From assembly GCA_043815185.1 (NCBI GenBank), contig JBDRJF010000013.1, forward strand, positions 1 to 52,678: a DNA stretch of 52,678 bases, in the 5' to 3' direction. Both the position numbers and the translations under genes were made by a program. Each line of letters opens with the position of its first letter. The first letter of the stretch is position 1. The DNA is from Candidatus Omnitrophota bacterium. GTDB taxonomy: Bacteria; Omnitrophota; Gorgyraeia; Duberdicusellales; 4484-171. This document shows, piece by piece, positions 17,961 to 25,103 of this stretch. The notes below the pieces were generated by a model, which saw nothing but the letters and a program-made list of their open reading frames with translations, was not told the origin of the DNA and searched no databases.

Positions 17961-18749
17961 TTATCCTCCTAGATAAAACAAACCAAAGAAAAGAATAATT
18001 ATTTCTGAAATCTCACTTGCAGCCCCAATAGTATCGCCAGTCATACCGCCAATCTTTTTGCTGACGTAATTTATAAACACCAATACTGGCACTAACGAAA
18101 ATATAAATAAAACAACTCCTTTTAACCCCAGGAGTACGAAAAATAAGGCTAGGGTAAAAAAAGTTCCTATGCGAAACTCATCTCCGCTCGCATATTCTAC
18201 AAAACACTTAGCCTTACCTTCTTTGCGTGCATATTCAGAGATATAACAAGCTAAAGCCTGAGACCACCTTCCAAAGGCTACCATTACAATTAATACTTTC
18301 CAAAGAATACCTTGGGGAATACTCACAATGAGGCTAAATTTTAAAAGTAAAAGGGAGACTATGCCAATCATCCCCATTGCACCAATTTTACTGTCCCGCA
18401 TTATCTCTAGTATTCTCTCCTTAGGCCTATGGCCATAAAAACCATCGCAGGTGTCGGCAAAGCCGTCTAGGTGAATTCCGCCAGTTATGACAATGGATAA
18501 TATTAAGATAAACGCACCAATAACTAGAGTTGGTAAAAACTCAAGAAGAAACAACGCTAAGGTCAACACTAAACCAATTAAGGCCCCAACCACTGGAAAA
18601 TAAAGGAGAGACTTCCCAAAGTCTTCCTCGCTTATCTTTGACTTTCCGCCATAGGCGGATCCCTGCCTTGCTGGCAGGCAGGCGCCTTGGGCGGAAATCT
18701 TTATTGGTAGAATAGTTAAAAATTGTAAAGCAATAAGGAATTGTCTCAT
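17961..18749 (-). CDS. cobS: Cobalamin 5'-phosphate synthase
   Basis: FLTILP, GGIHLDGFADTCDG, IMRDSKIG and GGMTGDTIGA motifs. Confidence 0.93.
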   Translation of the reverse strand: MRQFLIALQFLTILPIKISAQGACLPARQGSAYGGKSKISEEDFGKSLLYFPVVGALIGLVLTLALFLLEFLPTLVIGAFILILSIVITGGIHLDGFADTCDGFYGHRPKERILEIMRDSKIGAMGMIGIVSLLLLKFSLIVSIPQGILWKVLIVMVAFGRWSQALACYISEYARKEGKAKCFVEYASGDEFRIGTFFTLALFFVLLGLKGVVLFIFSLVPVLVFINYVSKKIGGMTGDTIGAASEISEIIILFFGLFYLGG

Positions 18750-18754
18750 TATCT

Positions 18755-19822
18755 CTACTCTCTGTTTTCTACTTCTCCAGATACGCCTGCATCTTGAAAT
18801 GTAGCCATCTGAGTTAAAATTTTAACACCAGCCTCGATTATATTTATTGCTAAGGCTGCGCCTGTACCTTCCCCTAATCTTAAATTTAAATCTAATATTG
18901 GCTTCAAACCCATAAAATCCAAAACTTTTTTGTGGCCTTTTTCCACCGAACAATGTGCAGCAATCATATAACTTTTTACCTTTGGCTCTAATTGATAAGC
19001 TATTAGTGCTGCTGCCCCTGAGATGAATCCGTCTATTACCACAGGAATTCTCTTGGCAGCTGCTCCTAAAATTACTCCGGTGAGTCCGCCTATTTCAAAT
19101 CCACCGACCTTTGCCAAAACATCCAAAGCATCTTTGGGGTTTGGTTTATTTATTTCAATAGCTTTATTTATTACCTCTATCTTATGCGCTAAAGCTTTAT
19201 CATCTATACCAGTTCCTCTTCCGGTTACCTCTTCAATTGCTTTACCGGTTATAACTGCCGTTATAGCGCTGCTAGGAGTAGTATTCCCGATCCCCATGTC
19301 CCCCGTTCCAACTATATCAACACCTTTCTCAAACTCATCTTCAAAGACTTCTATTCCGGCCTCAATTGATTTTATCGCTTCTTCTCTTGTCATTGCCGGT
19401 TCTTTTGTCATATCTTTAGTGCCATAATTTATTTTTTTAACTATTAACTCCGGGTGAGAGGACAAATCTGTTGCCACCCCCATATCAACAATAGTAACCC
19501 TAGCTCCCACATGTCTGGCCAACACGTTTATTCCGGCTCCTCCGCCAATAAAGTTATAAACCATCTGCGGTGTTACTTCTTGAGGAAAAGCACTTACACC
19601 TTCTGCTACAACACCGTGGTCACCGACCATAGTAAATATGACCTTATTTTTAACCAAGGGGTTTTCATTTTTTGTAATCTCTACTATCTGCTTAGCAAGA
19701 TCTTCTAAACGCCCAAGGCTTCCCTGAGGTTTAGTAAGATTATTAAGTCTCTTCTGGGTTTTCTCGGCTAAAGAATAATCAATCTTTTCAATTTTAGCTA
19801 TTGTTTTCTCTAATTTTTGCAT
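18755..19822 (-). CDS. cobT: Nicotinate-nucleotide--dimethylbenzimidazole phosphoribosyltransferase
   Basis: LTKPQGSLGRLE, DHGV, GDMGIGNTT and LRLGEGTGA motifs. ATG at 19822 with GAGGAG RBS at 19830-19835. Confidence 0.95.
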   Translation of the reverse strand: MQKLEKTIAKIEKIDYSLAEKTQKRLNNLTKPQGSLGRLEDLAKQIVEITKNENPLVKNKVIFTMVGDHGVVAEGVSAFPQEVTPQMVYNFIGGGAGINVLARHVGARVTIVDMGVATDLSSHPELIVKKINYGTKDMTKEPAMTREEAIKSIEAGIEVFEDEFEKGVDIVGTGDMGIGNTTPSSAITAVITGKAIEEVTGRGTGIDDKALAHKIEVINKAIEINKPNPKDALDVLAKVGGFEIGGLTGVILGAAAKRIPVVIDGFISGAAALIAYQLEPKVKSYMIAAHCSVEKGHKKVLDFMGLKPILDLNLRLGEGTGAALAINIIEAGVKILTQMATFQDAGVSGEVENRE

Positions 19823-19835
19823 CCTTTTTCTCCTC

Positions 19836-19945
19836 AATGAGACTACACGTTTTTTCGAAGAAAAAACGTGTAGTCGAATTGATCCCGGCGAGCGTGTCAA
19901 AATTATAGAATAGAATTTTGACACATCCCCCGTGAGCCGGGATAC
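19836..19945. repeat. Double-hairpin intergenic element, copy 3
   Basis: AATGA-[GACTACACGTTTTTT..AAAAAACGTGTAGTC]-GAATTGATCCCGG-[TGTCAAAATT..AATTTTGACA]-CCGGGATAC. It supplies the last codons and the stop of cobU. Confidence 0.75.
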
Positions 19946-20460
19946 TTTATTCTCACAGGTATACCTGCCTGCATAAAAATAACCTCATCTGCTTTCTTTG
20001 CGATCATCTGATTCGATAACCCCACCAAATCCCGGAATCTCCTTGCTAAAAGGCTTATGGGAACTATTCCCATACCTACTTCATTCGATACTAAAATCGT
20101 AGTTACTTTAAGCTTTAGTATAGTGCTAATAAGTTTTTTTATCCGTATCTCTATCTTTTTATCTTCTAAATTGTCTGCCAAGAGATTGGAAATTAAAAAG
20201 CCTAAGCAATCAATTAAAACCACCCTATATTTATCTTTTAGCGTAGGTAAAATTGAGTTAATATTCTTACCTTCTTCAATCAACTTCCATTGCCGCGGCC
20301 GCACTTTTTTATGTAACTCTATCCTCTTCTTCATCTCACCGTCCGATACAGTAGCGGTAGCAATAAAGACAGTTCTCTTCTTGAGCTTTTTTGCCAACTC
20401 TACAGCATAACTGCTCTTTCCACTTCTAGCACCTCCTAAAACAAGAATAAATTGCTTCAC
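19903..20460 (-). CDS. cobU: Adenosylcobinamide kinase / cobinamide-phosphate guanylyltransferase
   Basis: GGARSGKS, IATA, RI..HK..RP and VSNEVGMGIVP motifs. Confidence 0.95.
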   Translation of the reverse strand: MKQFILVLGGARSGKSSYAVELAKKLKKRTVFIATATVSDGEMKKRIELHKKVRPRQWKLIEEGKNINSILPTLKDKYRVVLIDCLGFLISNLLADNLEDKKIEIRIKKLISTILKLKVTTILVSNEVGMGIVPISLLARRFRDLVGLSNQMIAKKADEVIFMQAGIPVRIKYPGSRGMCQNSIL

Positions 20461-21023
20461 ACTCGGGCTCCTTTAGGGTAATCTATAATTCTTAAAGTGC
20501 CGATTCCCTGCTCTACCTTCCAGAAACTTTCTAAGCCAAGCTTCAATAGATGGCAGAGAATAACTCTTATCGGACCACCATGGCTAACCAAAGCTATTGT
20601 TTTACCCGCATCTTGGGAAAAAATAAAAGATAATTTCTTTTTGACTCTCTTCTCTAACTCTACTAGCCCTTCGCCGCTGGGGATTTTGACTCTCATTGGA
20701 TTATTTATCCACTCTCTGTAAAGTTTTGGATAAACTTTAATAATTTCTTCATATCTTAATCCTTCAAAAAGGCCAAAATTCATCTCCCGAAAGTCTACTA
20801 TTTCTTCAATTGAATTGCCCCTAAAAATTATCTTCGCGCTTTCGTATGCCCTTTTTAAGTTACTTGAATAGACTTTATCAATTCTGGCCTCTTTCAATCT
20901 AACAGCCAACCTCTCAGACTGCTTTACCCCCTTCTCGTTTAAAGACGGATCACTAAGCCCGCAATATCTACCTTGCGAAGCATAATCTGTTTCGCCGTGT
21001 CGAATTAAAATCAATCTCGTCAT
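20457..21023 (-). CDS. cobC: Alpha-ribazole phosphatase (histidine phosphatase family)
   Basis: LIRHGET, EMNFG and VSHGG motifs. The start is placed at the ATG at 21023, after the leader terminator. Confidence 0.85.
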   Translation of the reverse strand: MTRLILIRHGETDYASQGRYCGLSDPSLNEKGVKQSERLAVRLKEARIDKVYSSNLKRAYESAKIIFRGNSIEEIVDFREMNFGLFEGLRYEEIIKVYPKLYREWINNPMRVKIPSGEGLVELEKRVKKKLSFIFSQDAGKTIALVSHGGPIRVILCHLLKLGLESFWKVEQGIGTLRIIDYPKGARV

Positions 21024-21035
21024 GAGAATACCCTG

Positions 21036-21067
21036 AAAAAAATAAAACCCCGACAATATGTCGGGGT
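21036..21067 (-). terminator. Intrinsic terminator in the riboswitch expression platform
   Basis: Minus strand: ACCCCGACA-TAT-TGTCGGGGT followed by TTTATTTTTTT. Confidence 0.8.
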
Positions 21068-21193
21068 GCACCCTGATTTCTTGGCCCGGAAAATAAAAAT
21101 TTTAGGTTATTATTCCGCGTAAAACCTTCCGCCTAGGCTAAAGCTTCGGCGGACCCGCCTAAATAATATAATTTATTGTGGCGGGAAATTTAA

Positions 21194-21377
21194 TTCTTTT
21201 CGGCAGGTCTTCTGACTTCCTCACATCTCCTAGCCACCTTCCCACCAGTCTTAGACTGATAGTGGTTCAAAGCGCTAAAAGAATTTTCTTGACTTACGCC
21301 AAGAGCAAGATTACAGCACCGGGAGTGTCTCCGACTTTCACGGAATTCCCTATTATGCCTTACGGCACCGAAAAAAA
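21194..21377 (-). ncRNA. Cobalamin (AdoCbl, class I) riboswitch
   Basis: Minus strand: GGTGCC..GGCA-TAATAGGGAA-TTCCGTGAAAGTCGGA..CCCGGTGCTGTAA...CCACT..GGTGGGAAGG...AAGTCAGAAGACCTGCC (B12 box), closed by P1 TTTTTTCGG/CCGAAAAGAA. Upstream of cobC. Confidence 0.92.
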
Positions 21378-21404
21378 CAATTCCAACTTCCAAAGAACAA
21401 GTTC

Positions 21405-21432
21405 ATTCTATCTTAGCTAACTGCCTTGTCAA
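21405..21432 (-). promoter_or_regulatory. Putative promoter of the cob operon
   Basis: TTGACA-16 bp-TAGAAT immediately upstream of the riboswitch. Confidence 0.6.
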
Positions 21433-21539
21433 TATTTTTATTGTAACATATTTTTATGGTGGATTGTAACTCATATTGCGAAAATATTCAATTGAAAATG
21501 TCTAATCTGTTATCTGTAGCCTCTAAAACCATTTCCTCG

Positions 21540-21592
21540 AAATCGGGACAGACCCTAAATCAATTTAATTTAAATGGGGTCTGTCCCGATTT
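21540..21592. repeat. REP-like 16-bp perfect inverted repeat
   Basis: AAATCGGGACAGACCC ... GGGTCTGTCCCGATTT. Confidence 0.8.
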
Positions 21593-21667
21593 AGCGTTAT
21601 TGAGGCTGAAACAAAAAAGGTCACTGTTCTTCTTCTGTTCATTTTGAGTTTCCCTTTTTTAATAAAT

Positions 21668-21739
21668 ACATAACATTCAAGCTCAGCCGCTGGGCTCGCA
21701 CGAAGAGCGAGAACAGTCGGCTGTAGCGCGTTGTTATAG
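21668..21739 (-). mobile_element. Integron attC site (cassette 3)
   Basis: Minus strand: CTATAAC-AACGCG-CTACAGCCGAC-[TTCTCGCTCTTCGTGCGAG]-GCGGCTGAG-CTTGAAT-GTTATGT. It has the R''/L''/L'/R' layout with a bulged palindrome. Confidence 0.85.
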
Positions 21740-21759
21740 GTTTTATTTTAACTTTATTA

Positions 21760-22314
21760 CTATGAATTTCTTTTACGATCTTGTGCACGATTCCCAAATA
21801 ATTTTTCTTCATTTGTCAAGGGTTTACCAAATGCCCCGTCCAATAAGTGAATATTTTCGTTAAGAAATTTTCGTGCCCACAATTGCAAGTTAAAAGCATC
21901 GCCATCTAAAACATTTACGATATTGCTTGCCTTGTAAATGATACCTTTGACAATCAACCCACCAGCAATACCATCTCCCATTGCGCAGTAAATCGTATTT
22001 TTCTCTTCTTTAATGAATTCAGATAAATACCCTTTTTCTTCTGCAGTTAATGAATTAAGATATTCTTCTCTTTTTTTTAATGCTTTTCTCCGATTCCTTC
22101 TTTCAACTATTATTTTCGATATTAATATAGAAAATAAGAATATGAAAGCTGGGCCTAGGTATATTCGATATATTTTAACAAATTCATATACGACCAACAT
22201 CCTAGATAATTTCTCGGGAGAAAAAAGAAGAATTGCCAATACCACATTGAATGTAATAAGAAAACTTAAGGGCAATTTAATTATAAAATCAAAAAATTTT
22301 ATCAGTTTATCCAT
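21760..22314 (-). CDS. sieB: Superinfection exclusion protein B family (integron cassette)
   Basis: Two N-terminal TM helices, then LNSLTAEEKGYL..FI...NT...DGIAGGL..KGIIY...FNLQLWARKFL, matching the SieB family pattern as I recall it. Confidence 0.7.
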   Translation of the reverse strand: MDKLIKFFDFIIKLPLSFLITFNVVLAILLFSPEKLSRMLVVYEFVKIYRIYLGPAFIFLFSILISKIIVERRNRRKALKKREEYLNSLTAEEKGYLSEFIKEEKNTIYCAMGDGIAGGLIVKGIIYKASNIVNVLDGDAFNLQLWARKFLNENIHLLDGAFGKPLTNEEKLFGNRAQDRKRNS

Positions 22315-22326
22315 AATTAATTTTTC

Positions 22327-22392
22327 ATACAACGACCGAAATCAGCTGCACAAAAGCGAAGCTTTTGGGTCAGATGGATTGATTTATTATAG
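22327..22392 (-). mobile_element. Integron attC site (cassette 2)
   Basis: CTATAAT-AAATCAATCCATCTGAC-[CAAAAGC TTC GCTTTTG]-GCAGCTGATTT-CGGTC-GTTGTAT. R'' ends in AAT instead of AAC. Confidence 0.75.
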
Positions 22393-22393
22393 G

Positions 22394-22702
22394 CTAAATT
22401 GCTTTTGTAAAACAATCAATATGAGTTTTATTGCAATTAGTTTTATGCCCCCAACAACACGCATATGCTCTAGCCTTTTCTGATGCCTTATTTTTGTTGG
22501 TTTTGGTTTTAAAAATTATTACGTTTTCCCCTTTATGATTACCTTTTGCGCAAACGCTCACTTTAGCAACAAAAGGTGTATTGTTACCTGTTGTGTAATA
22601 ATTTTGGTTGGGATTTTTTTGAATATAAGCGCACGATTGGTCAAAACTCTTAGAATTGTCAATAATACCAAAATGAATCCCCAAATTAGGCTTTTTTATC
22701 AT
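22394..22702 (-). CDS. Hypothetical Cys-containing cassette protein
   Basis: The ORF exactly fills the space between two attC sites; contains ARAYACCWGHKTNC. Confidence 0.7.
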   Translation of the reverse strand: MIKKPNLGIHFGIIDNSKSFDQSCAYIQKNPNQNYYTTGNNTPFVAKVSVCAKGNHKGENVIIFKTKTNKNKASEKARAYACCWGHKTNCNKTHIDCFTKAI

Positions 22703-22722
22703 TTTATTTTTATTTATTTTAC

Positions 22723-22795
22723 CTATAACATAAAAATCAGCTGCCCGAACCTGCGTCAGGGCGCGGTGAGGGTCAGCTGGATTGATTTGTTATGA
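22723..22795 (-). mobile_element. Integron attC site (cassette 1)
   Basis: TCATAAC-AAATCAATCCAGCTGAC-[..CCTGACGCAGG..]-GCAGCTGATTT-TTAT-GTTATAG. The gene stop lies in R''. Confidence 0.85.
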
Positions 22796-23266
22796 GTTAT
22801 TAGACTTAAATCCTTTGAATATATGGACAAAATCATCTCTATCGAACCTAGTATCTTTTTTTATGTCTTTCCTCATTCTTGTAATGATTCCCCAACCTTT
22901 TTTCTTTAATTCTTCCATAGTTTCATTTACCTTTTCATGTTCTAATTTTCCCCAGTCAGTATGGTAAATTTTTTCACTTAATTTATTTATATCTTCTGTT
23001 AATTTATCATCCTCGCACACTAATACCGCTTCGCCTATAGCAGCCTGGAGTCTACCGTAAGCTTGATCGAAATTTTGATTATTATGAGGATTGGTATTAG
23101 GGCTAGCATATATTTGATTGCGCATTTGTACCCAATGTGAAATTAGTGTCGCATAAACTTTAATTTTATTATCAATTGCTCTCTGCTTAAAACTGATTTT
23201 CATCGAAATCGCATGAATAAAAAACCCACCAATAGCACCTATGATTAGAGATAAAATCATTTTCAT
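22790..23266 (-). CDS. Hypothetical cassette protein (N-terminal TM helix + helical domain)
   Basis: MKMILSLIIGAIGGFFIHAI; the ORF begins just after a GTTATAG core site and ends in attC. Confidence 0.75.
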   Translation of the reverse strand: MKMILSLIIGAIGGFFIHAISMKISFKQRAIDNKIKVYATLISHWVQMRNQIYASPNTNPHNNQNFDQAYGRLQAAIGEAVLVCEDDKLTEDINKLSEKIYHTDWGKLEHEKVNETMEELKKKGWGIITRMRKDIKKDTRFDRDDFVHIFKGFKSNNS

Positions 23267-23275
23267 TTTATTTTC

Positions 23276-23301
23276 CTATAACAATTAATATACATAGTAT
23301 G
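23276..23301 (-). mobile_element. Putative attI-like site
   Basis: GTTATAG core (23282-23276) at the head of the array, preceded by AT-rich sequence that is not an attC. Confidence 0.45.
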
Positions 23302-23522
23302 CATTAATAGCACACATAGAGTTCATTTGATTGGATTATCTCATAGCATTATTGACATGTCAAAAAAATAGTTGATTGTGTATGTGTTTGGCATACAGTA
23401 TCGGAAAATACATAGTATGTATAATACGGATAATTTGACAAGAAGAGCGGGAAGAAAACAAAACAATCCCTTATCTTTCAATGATTTTGAGATTGCACTC
23501 TTCGGGCACTTCGCTAAAACCA

Positions 23523-23540
23523 TGCCCCCACCCTGAGTCG
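23523..23540 (-). repeat. 18-bp duplicate of the tRNA-Arg 3' end (att-like scar)
   Basis: TGCCCCCACCCTGAGTCG is present at both 23523-23540 and 23668-23685. Confidence 0.85.
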
Positions 23541-23667
23541 TATACACTCTCCGCCGAAGGCGGAGTTTAACATAGCATTAACTTGCAACAGTGTATCCGA
23601 CGAATAGTTATATTTCTAAGTATACGCTCTATTTTGCCGCCGAGTATTGTAGCGAAATGAAACTATC

Positions 23668-23740
23668 TGCCCCCACCCTGAGTCGAACAGGGATCCCAGC
23701 CTTAGGAGGGCCGTGCTCTGTCCATTTGAGCTATAGGGGC
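23668..23740 (-). tRNA. tRNA-Arg (anticodon CCT)
   Basis: GCCCCTA-TA-GCTCAAATGGACAGAGC-A-CGGCC-CTCCTAA-GGCTG-GGATC-CCTGTTCGACTCAGGG-TGGGGGC-A folds as a cloverleaf; CCA is not encoded. Confidence 0.95.
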
Positions 23741-23750
23741 TAAAATTATT

Positions 23751-24263
23751 TTAATACTTGATTAAAGAGAGTACCGGGTATTTCTTTAATTTATTTCGCC
23801 CCTTGAGAAAGGTCAACTCAATAAGAAAGATAATCGCTATGACCTCCCCTTTCAGCTCCTCAACCAACTTTGCCGAAGCTAAAGCAGTTCCTCCGGTAGC
23901 CAATAAATCATCTAAAACCAGAATCTTTGAACCGGCGGGAAAAGCATCACAATGGATTTCTAAGGAATCCTCACCATACTCCAGGGAATAGGTATGACGG
24001 TAGGTTTTAGCCGGTAGCTTACCGGGCTTTCTTACCGGAATGAATCCGCAATTTAGGCGATAAGCTAAGGCTGCACCAAAGATAAATCCCCGGGATTCTG
24101 CAGCTACAATATAATCAACAGGCTTATCCTTTAATAATTCAGCCAGTTGATCAACTGCCGCTTTAAAAGCTACTTTACTCTTGAGTAAAGTAGTTATGTC
24201 TTTAAACAAGATACCTTTTTTGGGAAAATCCGGGATATCACGGATATATTTTTCTAAATTCAT
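23751..24263 (-). CDS. apt: Adenine phosphoribosyltransferase
   Basis: IRDIPDFPKKGILFKDIT, ESRGF, YSLEYG and LDDLLATGGT motifs. Confidence 0.97.
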   Translation of the reverse strand: MNLEKYIRDIPDFPKKGILFKDITTLLKSKVAFKAAVDQLAELLKDKPVDYIVAAESRGFIFGAALAYRLNCGFIPVRKPGKLPAKTYRHTYSLEYGEDSLEIHCDAFPAGSKILVLDDLLATGGTALASAKLVEELKGEVIAIIFLIELTFLKGRNKLKKYPVLSLIKY

Positions 24264-24277
24264 ATAATCTGCTATTA

Positions 24278-25099
24278 TTATGCCTCGATCTTGCGTTTCT
24301 GTTGATCAACCACGTAGCTGTGCAACCTCTTTAAAGCTTCCTTTTCAATTTGCCTAATTCTTTCCCGAGATACCCTTAGTATTTTTGCAACTTCAGCCAA
24401 GGTGCTCGGCCGGCCGTCATTGATCCCGAAACGCAGATCTAAAACTTTCTTCTGGCGTTCAGTAACAAAACTAAGCAGTTCATCTATCCTCTCCCGATTA
24501 ACAATTTTATCAACATCAGAAATAGTGGTGGTGTAATCACTACTATTAAGCAAATCGCCTAGTTGCGATTCTCCATCGCCGCCTACCGGTGCATCTAAAG
24601 ATGATTTCTTCTGGGTCCAAAGTTCAATTTCAGCTATCCTCTCAATTGACACTTTCAGCTGTTTAGCAACTTCGGCCCGATTAGGTTCTCGGTTTAACTT
24701 CTGACGCAAAACCTCTTTAACCCGTTTATGTTTGGCAATAAGTTCGCTCATATAGACCGGTACGCGAATAGTCTTACCTTGGTCAATAAGCGCACGGGTT
24801 ACCCCCTGACGTATCCACCACGCAGCATAGGTAGAAAAACGGTAACCTCTGTAAATATCAAATTTATCAATCGCCCGCATCAGACCGATGTTACCTTCAG
24901 CAATTAAATCCATTAAGGAAAGATTGCAGTGAGAATAGTGCTTAGCAATATTTACCACTAACTTTAAGTTACAATTGATTATCTTACGACGGGAAACGCG
25001 GCTTCCCCGCTTTGCTTTTTGGATAAGCTCAACCTCCTCCTTCTTGGTTAAAATTGGCAATTTTTTTATTCTTTCAAGATAAGCTTTAATTGCTTCCAT
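24278..25099 (-). CDS. RpoD/RpoS-like sigma-70 factor lacking region 1.1
   Basis: YL.RI...P.LT (1.2), NLKLVVNIAK/DLIAEGNIGL/FSTYAAWWIRQ (2), SLDAPVG (3.2) and TLAEVA...SRERIRQIE (4). Confidence 0.92.
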   Translation of the reverse strand: MEAIKAYLERIKKLPILTKKEEVELIQKAKRGSRVSRRKIINCNLKLVVNIAKHYSHCNLSLMDLIAEGNIGLMRAIDKFDIYRGYRFSTYAAWWIRQGVTRALIDQGKTIRVPVYMSELIAKHKRVKEVLRQKLNREPNRAEVAKQLKVSIERIAEIELWTQKKSSLDAPVGGDGESQLGDLLNSSDYTTTISDVDKIVNRERIDELLSFVTERQKKVLDLRFGINDGRPSTLAEVAKILRVSRERIRQIEKEALKRLHSYVVDQQKRKIEA

Positions 25100-25103
25100 A
25101 TTC

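Noticed and set aside
21178-21647. ORFs 21178-21420, 21190-21393 and 21456-21647
   Set aside because: They overlap the cobalamin riboswitch, its promoter and a palindrome, so a non-coding explanation is better.
21668-22795. Regularly spaced palindromes as a CRISPR array
   Set aside because: The spacers are whole genes and the repeats have attC architecture; there are no cas genes.
23341-23547. 68-aa ORF as a possible integrase remnant
   Set aside because: No tyrosine-recombinase motifs are visible, and it spans the att-like duplication and AT-rich regulatory sequence.
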